Assembly: GCA_026936335.1 (NCBI GenBank)
Contig: JAPMXV010000046.1
Location: 374,743-438,742 of the forward strand
From: Mantamonas sphyraenae STR306
Taxonomy: Eukaryota; Protista; CRuMs
Direction of reading: 5' to 3'
DNA length: 64,000 bases
Below the pieces are notes generated by a model. The model saw only the letters and a program-made list of their open reading frames with translations, was not told the origin of the DNA and made no database searches. A program made the translations under genes and the position numbers. Positions 46,314-57,695 of the stretch are shown piece after piece (the stretch's first letter is position 1; each line of letters opens with the position of its first letter).

Positions 46314-49300
46314 ATGACAATGCAAAAGATCCGTGTGAGCATGGTTGTTGCAGCGCTGTTGTGCGCTCTGGCTGTGCTGACCCATGGTAAGAGGAAACAT
46401 GGGCGCCCAGCAGTTGGGTGGTGCCTGAAATGCATGCAGGGATGGAGGGTGGATTTGGTGATGTTTGGTGCATCGAAAGGAGTGTTTTGATGCTCTGCGA
46501 GTGGTTGCATACACGTCAGGAAGCGTGGAAAGCGGGAAAAGGAGGGGGTCGGTTGTCCGAGAATCGCGTTTGGGTTTGCATGCCATGCAGCCTTTTTGTT
46601 TGCGTTTTTGCATGATGGCCATTGTGTGCGTCTGAAGAGGGACGTGTAGGACCTCCGTAGTTGCGTTGAGGTGCAGCAATGGTGGTCGGGATCCCTTGGA
46701 TGTGACGTGTGCAGTGCTAGGGCTGCGCTGCTCAAATCCTGGATGAAATGGGCGCGCGCAAAAAGCAACGATTGTCAGAAACGTGGAAAACGGACGCGCA
46801 TGGGAAAAGTGCATGGTGTGGCGTGGGCAACCTGGACGAGGGTTTTCAAATGGATGGGCGAAGGAGTGGAGCAAGGTTGCAGAGAGGGAGTGGCCAAGGG
46901 GGGGGGTGAGGGGAGGTTGTGGGAACGAGGCGGAAAGCTGACACTTGTTTTTCTCGCGTTGGTACGGAAATCGGCGCGGCTCCGTGTCGCGTGCAACAGG
47001 CCAAGTGCAAAACAAGCCAGCCAATGTCGACTATTCGTTCGACCTTATCTTTTACGGTGGAGGCTCGCCGCAAGTGAGCGGAGCCACACCGGTCTACGCG
47101 CCCGTGGATGTCGCGCAAGTCGACTCCAACGGCCAGGACCTCGTGTACGTGCTTGAACGCCAGTCCGTGAACAATGCGATTGAGGAAACTGCTACGGATA
47201 GCTTCTCGTACCAGCCGTCGTCCCAGTCCACTCCGCTCCTGCAGCGTGTGGTTGTGTACCAGTGCGGCTCGGCGTCGGTGAAGCAGACCAAGTACTTCCC
47301 GTACGTGGACAAGAACGACCCCTCCCGCCAGGACTTTAACAAGAAGAACCTCTTCAACGGCACCCACTACGGATCGCCCTTTGCCAGCATCCAGGTGGCC
47401 AACGACGGTGAGATCTTCTTTGCCGACGGGTACTTGGGCTACTTCAATGTGTTCCAGGAGAAATCCATCTTTGACCAGCTTTCTGGAGGCACGCCGTTCA
47501 TTACGCGCATGGCGACGCTGGACTCGACACCGACTCGCTTCCAGCTGCCCAAGTATGACAAGAGCAACCCCATCATTGTGTACTCGCCGAACGGCGTTTT
47601 GACGTCGGGCGAGCGCTTCGGTGGCTACCACTGGTGGCAGCTGAACCCGGCCAACAAGGACATCCTCTACATGGATGCCACTGGTGGCCTCAAAAGCCCC
47701 ACTGACCCCAAGCCTGGTGCGCAGGGCTTTGTGGGCCTGCGTCTGGTGACGGCGGCGTCGGGCTACAACAACTCGGTGGAGTGGCTGAACCTGGCGCGCA
47801 ACGGAACCATCACGGGCCAGAAGCCCTTCCCCTACTTCCGCGAAAAGGCGCAGGTGGATTTGCTTGCGTTTGAGCACTCGTGGAAGAACAACGTGACATA
47901 CACGATGATGCAGGTGGTGGACGTGACGCGCCTGCTGTCTGGCAGTGCCACCAAGGCACCTCGTGTGGGTACGACGTACCTGCTCAAGTTCAACATGAAC
48001 GACAACGGCAACTTTGTGTGGATCAGCCCGGCCAACGCGTTCCCGACCAGCGTGAACGCGCTGCTGCTGATCGAAACCAACCGCGTGAACATGCTGATGG
48101 TGATGGACTATGCACGCTCGAACATCCAGCGCGTGGACACACTGTCGGTCAACTTTACGACTGTGGGCACACCTGTGGGTGGCCTCGGTGCAGGCTTTGC
48201 CAATCTGCTCAACCCGCGCGGTCTGACAGCCGACAACGAGGGCACATTGTATGTGGCCGACACGGGTCTGACCATGCTGAAGCGCTTCTCGACTTCCTGT
48301 GCCACTGGCTACTACGGACAGAACTGCACGGACGTGTGCCCCGGCGGCGCAGCAAACCCCTGCAGCGGTCGTGGTACCTGCAGCGCCATCTCGGGCCAGT
48401 GCGCATGCAACGCTGGCTTCTACGGTGTGGATTGCTCCAAGGTGGCCAACACAGCCATGACCTTGGCTCCCGTCACCATCTCGGGCCTGGCCACGTTTGA
48501 CAACTGGCCGACTCAGCCTTCGATTGCCCCGTACGAAATCTATGCCAACGGCATTGCTGCGCTGCCCTCGGGCAATCTGCTGATGCAGACGTTGGACAAG
48601 GCATGCGTGGTGGACCCCACGGCCAACTTCAACCCGTTTGCTTCGGGCGACCCTTTTGCAAGCGGTTCTCCTAGCGGCTCTCCCGGTGCGTCCGGTGATC
48701 CTTTCGGCGGCACGGGATCTTCGTACCCGCCTGCGTCGTTCTCCTGCAAGCAGAACGTGACCCTTGTCGAGCTGACTCCTGCGGGTCAGTATGTCAAGAT
48801 GGTCAAGCCGCAGAACTACTTCCTGGCCTCCGGTGCCGGCTTCCAGCCCTTCCTGCCCCAGACCAGCGTGTTTATGGCTGATCGCCTGCGTGTGCACCGC
48901 ACCACAGGTGACATCTACGTCGTGGGCTTCCCCTACGGCGGCAGCGACTACGAGCGCGACAACGTCATCATTGTGATGGACCTGATGGGCACTGTGAAGC
49001 GCACCATCCCGGCTTGCGCTGGCTTTGGCATCCACTCGTTTGAGCTGGACGAACGTGCCAACCGCATCGGCGCGCTGTGCTACGATGCACCTCTGCCGAG
49101 CATCAACACGGGTTTCCCTGTGGCTGCTGTGATTGGTGCCCATAGGAAGGTCAGCATGTACAACCTGAACACCGGCGCTGCCACCATGCAGCTGAACCTG
49201 CCGCTGAACGCCTCTGCAATTGCCTTTAACCCGCTCAACTCGGACCTGTACGTCATCTACGATTCCCTTGCGCAGACGCGCTTGGACATGTACACCGCGT

Positions 49301-52137
49301 CGGACAACTACGCCACCCTCAAGCCCCTTTCCGTGGCCAACCGTGGCTTCGGTGAGGGATCGGCAGAGTATGTGAACCCGAGTGGCCTGGTGACGACGAT
49401 GGCCGGCCAGCTGCTGGTCATGGACAAGGGCAACTCACGTGTGCAGATGCTCAACATGACCACGGGCGAGTGGCAGAACCAGCGAACCTTTACGACGAGC
49501 GCAGACACTGTGACCGGTGTGCGCCGCCTGCCCATGACCTACAGCGAGACTCGCAAGGAAGCGTTTTTCTTTGTGGACAACACGACGCCGTCGACGTTCA
49601 AGACGCGCACCCTGTTCAAGCTCGCGCTGCCGTGCAACACCAACTTTTATGGCGCTGAATGCAGCCCGTGCCGTGACACGACGTGTGGCGGCCGTGGCTC
49701 GTGCGACGATGGACGCACAGGCACAGGCGGCTGCAAGTGCTCGCCCGAGACGCTGTACACCGGCGCCACGTGCGAGGCATGCACAGCCGGCAACTACAAG
49801 CCCAACGTGAACGAGAACACGTGTGTGGCCTGCGCTGCCGGCCGCTACGTCAACAGCCAGGGCGCGTGCGTCCCTTGCCTGGCGGGTACCTTTGGAGCCT
49901 TCCAGGGCCAGACTGTGTGCGACAACTGCGTGCCCGGCACGTACGCCACAGGCGGCGCCACGGCATGCACCGAATGCGAGCTGGGCAAGTTCAACAACGG
50001 TTCGGCACAGACCACGTGCCAGGATTGCGAGGTGGGTTTCTTCCAGAACGCACGTCGCTCGCTGCAGTGCAACCCGTGCCCGGAGGGCCAGATTGCCACC
50101 GCCAAGGGTCTGAGCCAGTGCTCTCCGTGCGTGACGAGCAAGACCAACGATCCCGCACGCACCTCGTGCATCTGCAGGCCGCTGTTCTTTGAGCAGAAGC
50201 CTGGAGATCGCGACTGCAAGAGCTGCGAGACGGAGCTGCCCAACGCCATCTGCCGCGGTGGCAACGACATCGTGCCGCGCGCAGGCTTCTGGAGTGCCTT
50301 TGCAGGCTCGACGACGATCTACGATTGCGCAGGCGTCGTGGGCTGCGACGGCACGCAGGGCGCCATCGGCTCCAAGTGCTCCGAGGATGGCTACGAAGGA
50401 CCCAAGTGCTCTGTGTGCTCGCCTGGTTACCAGAAGGAGGGTGTGCGTTGCACAAAGTGCCCCGAAGGAGGCAGCTCCGAGGTGACGATTGCTGCCCTGA
50501 TCATCCTGCTGCTGGTGGGTCTGTTCCTCCTCTTCCGCCAGAAGGGCGGCAAGGGCTCGATCCTCAAGGTGAAGATTCTGATTGGTTTCCTGCAGATGCT
50601 GAACCAGTTTACAGAGACGTACGACGTGGCGTGGCCCGAGAGCTTCAAGCGACTGAGCAACGCGATGAGCTTCGTCAACTTTAACATTGTGAGCATCAGC
50701 TCGTTCGACTGCACCAACGGCAAGCCCCTCACCTTCTACGCAGGTCTGGAGTTTTACATGGCGCTGCCGCCTGTGTTCCTGGTGACCATGGTGGTTGTGT
50801 GGCTTGTGATGCGCGGCATGAAGAAGGCCAAGGGCGCCACGCCCGAGGAGATCTCCGAGTGGGACAGCATGTGCATCAAGAACGCAAGTGTGGTGCTGCT
50901 GTTCCTGTACCCGGGCATCAGCCAGAAGATGCTGCAGACGTTCAAGTGCTCCGAAGTGGAAGGGAGGATTCTGCTGGATTTCGACTACCGCGAAGAGTGC
51001 TGGAACGAACGCCATTTGGGCTACGTGGGCCTGGCCGTGGTGGGTATCCTTGCATACATCATCGGCATCCCGATTGCGTTTGCCCTGCTGCTGAAGAAGA
51101 ACTCGCACCAGCTGGACGCGCCCAAGATCCGCGAGCGCTACGGCTTCCTGTACATCGGCTACAGCCCTGTGCGCTACTACTGGGAGCTTGTGGAAATGAC
51201 ACGCAAGCTGATCATTGCCTCTGTGCTTGTGTTTGTGGCGCGCGGTCTGCCGTCGCAGCTTGTGGTGGGCATGATTGTGAACCTGTTTGCGCTGCTGCTG
51301 CACGAACGCTTCCAGCCGTATGAGGCCAAGAGCAACCACGATCTGCAGTACAACGCGCTGCTGCAGCTGTTTATGACACTGTTTGCGGGTCTGCTGCTCA
51401 AGGTGCAGATCAGCAAGGAACCGGCGGACATTGCGCTGTTTGGCTTCCTGCTGGTGTTCCTGAACTGCTTTGTGGTGTTTATGGCAATGGTGCAGGTTGT
51501 GCTTCAGTTCAAGAAGAAGTACGACAAGATGCTGGAGCAGAACCCCAGCATGAAGGACAAGGGCAAGCTGTGGGCGAACCTGATGGTTGCGCTGACGCAG
51601 ACGGCGGCCGACGGCATGGAGGACGAGGAGGAGGAGGACGGTGGTGAGGAGGGCGAGAAGAAGGGCAAGAGCATCGAGCTCGGCGAGCTGAAGATCACGC
51701 AGAAGGAGGAGGACGAGGATGAGGAGGAGGAGGAGGAGGACGCTGTGGATCGCGAGGAGGAGGACGAGGAGGATGAGGCCGGCTTGAAGGGCAAGAAGAA
51801 GAAGAAGAAGGGTCATGGTCATCATGATGACCATGATGATGACGAGGATGACGAGGAGCATGAGCACGACGAGAAGGAGGAGGAGGCTGCCAAGAAGGAG
51901 CAGGAGAAGGAGAGGAAGGAGGCGGAGAAGGAGGAGGAGAAGATGAAGGAGTTGGAGCAGGGCGATGCGAGCAACAGGATGGAGGATGTGTTGCTGGACG
52001 AGGAGAAGAAGGCGCGGGAGGAGGCCAAGAAGAAGAAGGAGGAAGCCAAGAAGGCCGAAGAGGAGGCGGAGGTTGAAGAGGAGGAGGATGAGGAGGAGGA
52101 GGAGGAGGAGAAGAAGGAAAAGAAGGAGGAGAAGTGA
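46314..52137 (+). CDS. Large cell-surface protein: signal peptide, NHL-like propeller and EGF regions, GCC2/GCC3-like Cys repeats, multi-TM C-terminal domain, acidic/Lys tail
   Basis: Exon 1 46314-46386 (MTMQKIRVSMVVAALLCALAVLTH), intron 46387-46999 (GTAAG..CAG). NPRGLTADNEGTLYVADTG; CSGRGTC..CACNAGFYGVDC; repeated CxxCxxG-F/Y; KVKILIGFLQM, LYPGIS..FKC, RYGFLYIGY..YYWELVEMTRK. Confidence 0.85.
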
Positions 52138-52163
52138 GAGATTGTTTGAATGGAGATTGGAGA

Positions 52164-52559
52164 TCAAAACGATGAGATTCGTTGTCCGTGGTGATCGCAG
52201 AGATGGATTCTGTTGCGTGGATGGTGTCTGTTTGCTTGAGGGAGTAGGAACTGACGTACGTGAGGGCTTCCAAGTCGAGCACGGCAGCAAAAGCAGGGTG
52301 CCGGGCGCGCACCGTGTGGTCTGCGCAGATTTGGATGCGGTAGCCTGTGTCGGGGTCCGTGTGGAAGAAGAAGCCTTGGGGTTCCTTCTCAAAGACGTGG
52401 GGAAAGACTGGGGGCGGGGAGGGTGAGCGGGAGGCGATTCGGGAAGTAACGGAACGGGAATCGCTCACCTTGCTCGTTCAAGATGTCCGCCGTCTCTGGG
52501 TCTCCAAAGCGGATGGCCAACGGCGGAAGTGTGAACGGGGTTGGGTCGGAGGTGGACAT
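52164..52559 (-). CDS. Small three-exon hypothetical protein (94 aa), not represented as such in the ORF track
   Basis: Exons 52559-52469, 52407-52260, 52209-52164. Introns GTGAGC..CCAG (61 nt) and GTACGT..ACAG (50 nt). Phases are consistent and the stop falls 26 bp from the convergent gene's stop. Confidence 0.5.
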
Positions 52560-52645
52560 TGCAGTGCTGTGTTACAGTACTGTTATCTGGGGGGGCCGGC
52601 GCGGTGGGTGCGGCAAGAAAACTTTTCTGGATTCGCATTCTTGGG

Positions 52646-53734
52646 ATGCTTGTGTTTGCTCGCTCGGCAAAGCAGCTGGCTGCTGTGGAAGAGGCGTTGG
52701 TGGAGTGTGCATTTTCGGTGGGAGGCGGACATGTGGTGGAGGACGGGAGGGAAGCGGAGGTGGAGGTCGGGGAGTACGAAGGAGAAGTGGACGTGAAGGC
52801 GCTGTTGGAGGTGATGGGGACAGAGGCAAGTGTGGGAATGCCGCTTGTGTACACGGCGGATATCTCGTCGACGCAGGAGGTGCTGTACGAGCACAACGAG
52901 TTGTTCCCGGCCAACACGGTTGTGCTGGCAGACACGCAGACCAAGGGCAAGGGCAGAGGGGACAACGTGTGGACGTCGCCTGCAGGGTGTCTGATGTTCT
53001 CGTTCAAGCTGCGGGTGGAAAAGGCGTCGCTGCTGACACATGTGCAGTATCTGGTGAGCCTGGCTCTTGTGCGCGCGGTCAAGTCGTACGACGCATACGG
53101 GGTGCTGCCGGTGAAGCTAAAGTGGCCGAATGACATTTATGCGGACGGGAAGAAGCTGGGCGGGATTCTGTGCCAGGCGCAGAGTAGCAGCGGCGGCGGG
53201 CGTGCGTTTGATGTGACGGTGGGCGTCGGGGTCAATGTGTCCAACACGGAACCGAAGGAGTCGATCTCGCTGCACAAGCTGGCGCGGGCGTCTGGGGCGA
53301 GGGAGATGGGCGAGGGTGCACGCGGGTTGGGCAGTCTGGTGGAGGAGGACGGGGACGGGGAGGGAAAAGTCTCCGGGTCGTCGTCGTCGTCGTCGTCGTC
53401 GATTTTGACCCGGGCGCAGCTGGGGCTGGTGTCGAGGGAGTATGTGTTGGGTACGTTCCTGAAGGAGTTTTCCGGGATGTATGCGCAGTTTAGCGAGGGG
53501 GAAGGCGGGTTTGAACCGTTTCTGGAGGAGTACTTGGAGGCGTGGCTGCACAGCGGGCAGGAGGTGACACTGCAGGGGGACGGGGAGGGGACGGTGGACG
53601 GGGAAAAGGTGACCATTGTGGGCCTGGACAAGGATGGGTTTCTGCTGGCGTGTGACGCAGATGGGAAGGAGGTGACGCTGCACCCGGATGGGAACCGGCT
53701 GGACTTTTTCAAGGGACTGGTGAGAAAGCGATGA
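52646..53734 (+). CDS. Biotin-protein ligase (holocarboxylase synthetase/BPL)
   Basis: ISSTQ, QTKGKGRGDNVWTSPAGCLMFS, LKWPNDIY..KLGGIL, VGVGVNV, WLHSGQEV, LHPDGNRLDFFKGLV. Start inferred. Confidence 0.9.
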   Translation: MLVFARSAKQLAAVEEALVECAFSVGGGHVVEDGREAEVEVGEYEGEVDVKALLEVMGTEASVGMPLVYTADISSTQEVLYEHNELFPANTVVLADTQTKGKGRGDNVWTSPAGCLMFSFKLRVEKASLLTHVQYLVSLALVRAVKSYDAYGVLPVKLKWPNDIYADGKKLGGILCQAQSSSGGGRAFDVTVGVGVNVSNTEPKESISLHKLARASGAREMGEGARGLGSLVEEDGDGEGKVSGSSSSSSSSILTRAQLGLVSREYVLGTFLKEFSGMYAQFSEGEGGFEPFLEEYLEAWLHSGQEVTLQGDGEGTVDGEKVTIVGLDKDGFLLACDADGKEVTLHPDGNRLDFFKGLVRKR

Positions 53735-53740
53735 TGATTT

Positions 53741-54886
53741 TTAGAGAGTGGGCTGGGCGCCAGTGAGCTGCGAGGCGGTGAATGTGGCGAGGAACAGGGA
53801 ATACAGGGCTCTGAGAGCGAAATCTGGGCTGATGGTGAAGCCACCGATGCTCCATCCGACAGTTGGAACCGCGGTGAGGTACTGGACGAGCTCGTGATTG
53901 GAGGTGTTGGGCTGGGATGTGACGGCGGCGTGGACGAAGCTGTCGATGGCGGCCGTGCGCATGCGGTTGCAGACACCGGTGACGCGGGCCGAACTGACAA
54001 GGAAGGTGGTGATGATGACGTAGGACGGAGCCAGGTTGGAAAGGACGTGCGTGAGTGAGAGGGGCGTGCCTTTCACAAGTGCACGGAACAGGGCAAAGAT
54101 GAGGGTGGCGGTGACAAGAACAAAGATGAGAATCACTGGGCCCGTGGTGACGCGATTGACCCAGACGGATGCGTTGCGGAAGTCCCAGTGGAGTCCCATC
54201 TTTTCGCTGCCGTCGAGGTCGGGGCGGAGGAGGCGCTGCTCGACGATGAGGGCGTGACGTCGTGCCAGATCTGTGCAGAGGAGATGGAGGGAGATTGCGA
54301 CGGCACTGTGGATGGAGAGTAAGAAGGATCTGACAAACGCAGCCGGTGTCAGAGAGTCAAACGCTACGTTTAGAGGCACCAGGGCGAGGGACACGGTGCT
54401 GTAGGCACAGCACCAGCGGAGAGCGGCGTGGATGGAATCTCGCGGAAGTTGGTTGTGGTAGTGGTGGAGAATGATGAACAGGCGACTCATTGAGGCGCGG
54501 GTCAAAAGGAAGAAACCATTGATGAGTAGCAGGTCGAGAAACAGGACGATAAAGCTTGAATCACGGCTGGAGGGAGTGAGGTCGAGGATGCAGATGGCGA
54601 CGGTGTACGTGAGGAGGACGGTGATGGACCAACCAAGGTGGAACGGTTGGGTTTTCGGGGGGAGGACGTGGGCGGTGATGTTTTGGAGGATGTCGGACAG
54701 GTCCATGCGTATATACTTGGTGTCGACGGGCTCCTGAGATGGGTCGGTGTGTGTGAAGCAGCCGGAGAGTGCAGCCATGAGGTGGACGGGGAGGAGAAAC
54801 GGCGAGCGGAGGAGGGCCTGGGCGTCGTCCAGGGGGATGGTGGGCGGGGAGGAGGAGCGGGGTTGGGAGAGAAGGGGGTTTTGCAT
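53741..54886 (-). CDS. Gustatory-receptor-like/DUF3537-like 7TM ion-channel superfamily protein
   Basis: About 7 hydrophobic segments. TM6 followed by SSARVTGVCNR; C-terminal ELVQYLTAVPTVGWSIGGFTISPDFALRALYSLF fits the GR/GRL/DUF3537 TM7 signature region. Confidence 0.65.
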   Translation of the reverse strand: MQNPLLSQPRSSSPPTIPLDDAQALLRSPFLLPVHLMAALSGCFTHTDPSQEPVDTKYIRMDLSDILQNITAHVLPPKTQPFHLGWSITVLLTYTVAICILDLTPSSRDSSFIVLFLDLLLINGFFLLTRASMSRLFIILHHYHNQLPRDSIHAALRWCCAYSTVSLALVPLNVAFDSLTPAAFVRSFLLSIHSAVAISLHLLCTDLARRHALIVEQRLLRPDLDGSEKMGLHWDFRNASVWVNRVTTGPVILIFVLVTATLIFALFRALVKGTPLSLTHVLSNLAPSYVIITTFLVSSARVTGVCNRMRTAAIDSFVHAAVTSQPNTSNHELVQYLTAVPTVGWSIGGFTISPDFALRALYSLFLATFTASQLTGAQPTL

Positions 54887-55678
54887 GGTGGATGGGGGAG
54901 GCGGGGAAGGGGAGTGGAGGGCGGGGGGGAAGGTAGATTTGGGGGGCCCGGGGCGGGGGGCGACAACGTCGGCCGTTGAGGACCATGTTGGGGTACGACG
55001 TCCCTCAGGCGCTTACAGCAATGGATTTCCGCTCAGGTTGTTGAGAGTGAAGTGTGGGCGTGCGCGTGGGACTCGAACTCGGTGTGGGGGTGGACGGGGA
55101 GAAAAACGAGGCAAAATCATCTGAGAACGTTTGTAGTAGGCAACTTGTGGGGTTGGATGGTGAACCCGTGGGGTATGGTCTGCAGGGGACCTGGTGGATT
55201 GGGTAGCAAGCGTGACTCAAGGAAAAGAGGAGATCGGAAGCGGGTGTTCTTGACCGAATTGTTGGAATGGCTGACAGGGTGGACAAGGATGCACAGGAGG
55301 GCACCCCAGGGTGGTGCTGGAGCTGCGGGAGCGTGGTGTGTGCAGTCTATGTGGGTGGATTTGGGCGAGGAACGGAGCCTAGTGGCAGAGCGCGGAATGA
55401 AGCAACGCACGTGTAGTGGGGTAGACTGCAGGTGGACAGATTGTGAACAGAGATTGGGTGTGTGTGTGCTGTGAAGGCGGGATGTGAAGGCGGGAAAGAA
55501 GTGGCTGCTCCTTGTCCTCTGTGTGCGGGGATGCATCCAACGCATATTGCACACACGTACAGTTCAGAACATTCATAGGGTAGGGAGGGCAGGGGTATCG
55601 GGGACTTGTGCACGTGTGTGGGTGGGATAGAGGGAGACGCGGAACCGGGAGGGTACTGACTCATGGAATCGAAGAAGT

Positions 55679-57306
55679 ATGAGCTTAAACGAAGATGAAT
55701 GGGTGGAATTGTTGCAGAGCGGGGACCATGGGCAGATTGTGGAAGCTTTGGAGGCGGAGGGAACGGTGAGTTGGCGGAAAGAAATCGAGAGGGAGTTTTG
55801 GTTGATCGTCGCACAAGGGGAAGGGAAGGAGGGATGGGGGTAGGGTGGATGTGATGGTGAGTACGCAGGGTGGAACGCGTGTTGACACAACACACACAGA
55901 AATTGGACGTTCACAGCAGTGACCTGGGAGACAAAGAAGCAGTGGCACTTGCGCGGGCACTCGCTCAGAACGGCAGCTTGCAGACACTGATCCTCGACAG
56001 CAACAGGATCGAGGCAGAAGGGGCCGCAGCACTGGCGCAGGCACTGAGTGAGAACAGCAGCTTGCAGACACTGAGTCTCTGGGACAACAGCCTCGGGGAC
56101 AAAGGAGTTGCGGCACTGGCACAAGGACTGGGCGAGAACAGCAGCTTGCAGACACTACACCTCGGAAACAACAGCATCGGGGCAGAAGGCGCAGCAGCAC
56201 TGGGGCAGGCACTGAGTGAGAACAGCAGCTTGCAGAGACTGGACCTCGGCGACAATAGCATCGGGGCAGAAGGCGCAGCAGCTCTGGGGCAGGGACTGAG
56301 CGAGAACAGCAGATTGCAGATACTGGTGCTCGGAACCAACAGCATCGGTCCAAAAGGAGCAGCAGCACTGGCGCAGGCACTGAGTGAGAACAGCAGCTTG
56401 CTGACACTGTACCTTGCCTGGAACAACTTTGGGGACAAAGGCGCAACAGCCCTGCGGCAGGGGCTGAGTGAGAACAGCAGCTTGCAGATGCTGTACCTCG
56501 GCTACAACAGCATCGGAGACGAAGGAGCAGCAGCACTTGCACAGGCACTGACTGAGAACAACAGCTTGCAGACACTGAGTCTCCGTATCAACGAAATCGG
56601 GGACGAAGGAGCAGCCGCACTGGGGCAGGCACTGAGTGGGTTGCGCAGCTTGCAGACACTCGACCTCGAGTGCAACAACATTGGCAACGAAGGAGCAGCA
56701 GCACTGGCTCAGGTACTTGGGGAGAACAGTAGCTTGCAGACTTTGTACCTCGACAGCAACAACATCGGTGACGAAGGAGAAGCATCATTGGTGCAGGCAA
56801 TGGAAGGCAATCGGTCGTGCTGGAGCATCGACGTCGCTGACAACGATGCGTTGCAGTCGCTGTTGGAGAGGAACCGGGATCAGCATGTGGAGTTTGTGGA
56901 GTGTGGGGAGGTGGAGACGATGAGAGAGTTGATGGAGTGGGGTGTGCCTGTGGACACGTTTGCAGGGGAAGGTGGGACGATGACTGCGCTGGAGAGAGCA
57001 GTGAAGCGAGGGGATGAGAGGATTGTGGAGGTGTTGCGGGAGTGGGGAGCGCAGCCGAGGAAGCAAACGGTGGACATGGTGAGGAGGGTAGGGTGGAGGA
57101 AGGAGTGGCATTGGATTGGATGGGGTGGGCAGGTGGATGAGGCGATGGAGGTGGCGTTGGTGATGAATGGGGAGGAGAGGGAGGTGATGTTTCAGTGTGG
57201 AGGGATGGAGGAGTATGTGGAGGAGGGAGGGTGGGGAGGGTGGGTGACAATGCCAGATGAGGTGATGGAGAGGGTGGTTGAGTGGATGGGGAGGGGTGCG
57301 GAATGA
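55679..57306 (+). CDS. RI/NLRC3-type LRR protein copy 1 (11 x 28-aa repeats) with ankyrin-like and F-box-like C-terminus
   Basis: Exon 1 55679-55765 (MSLNEDEWVELL..), intron 55766-55899. Repeat consensus LQTLxLxxNxIGxEGAAALxQALSENSS; tail ALERAVKRGDERIVEVLREWGA..WVTMPDEVMERVVEWM. Confidence 0.85.
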
Positions 57307-57315
57307 AGGGGTGGT

Positions 57316-57435
57316 TCATTCGAGGCGCTGGCGTTTGGAGGATGAGGACGAGGAGTGGGCAGGAGGCGTGGTGGAGCCCACAGGGGTGGTGGAACGCCGT
57401 CCTACTGTGGATGGTGGCTTAGTGGGGTTAAATGA
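57316..57435 (-). pseudogene. 3' remnant of a paralogue of the 60001-63574 gene at the duplication junction
   Basis: Encodes ..SSSSSSKRQRLE*; its last ~30 nt match 60001-60030. Bounded upstream by the start of duplication unit 2. Confidence 0.5.
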
Positions 57436-57695
57436 AGGTGGACAGATTGTGAACAGAGATTGGGTGTGTGTGTGCTGTGAACGCGGGATGTGAAGGCGGG
57501 AAAGGAGTGGCTGCCTCATGTCCTCTGTGCGGGGGTGCATCCAACGCATATTGCACGCACGTACAGTTCAGAACATTCATAGGGTAGGGAAGAGCGGGGG
57601 TATCGGGGACTTGTGCACGTGTGTGGGTGGGATAGAGAGAGACGCGGAGGAATGGGAGGAACCGGGAGGGCACTGACTCATGGAATCGAAGAAGT

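Noticed and set aside
46112-47024. N-terminal extension of ORF 43905-47024
   Set aside because: It runs through intergenic DNA and the exon 1/intron of the + strand gene; a spliced RRP9 model starting at 46111 fits better.
21-52392. Long antisense or alternative-frame ORFs (e.g. 21-1862, 4971-6992, 7391-8971, 46846-49143, 49435-52392)
   Set aside because: Shadows of GC-rich genes on the opposite strand; they have no motifs and biased composition.
54990-55670. Short ORFs and a possible spliced - strand gene upstream of LRR copy 1
   Set aside because: A GTACGT donor-like site exists, but I could not build a consistent, protein-like exon chain.
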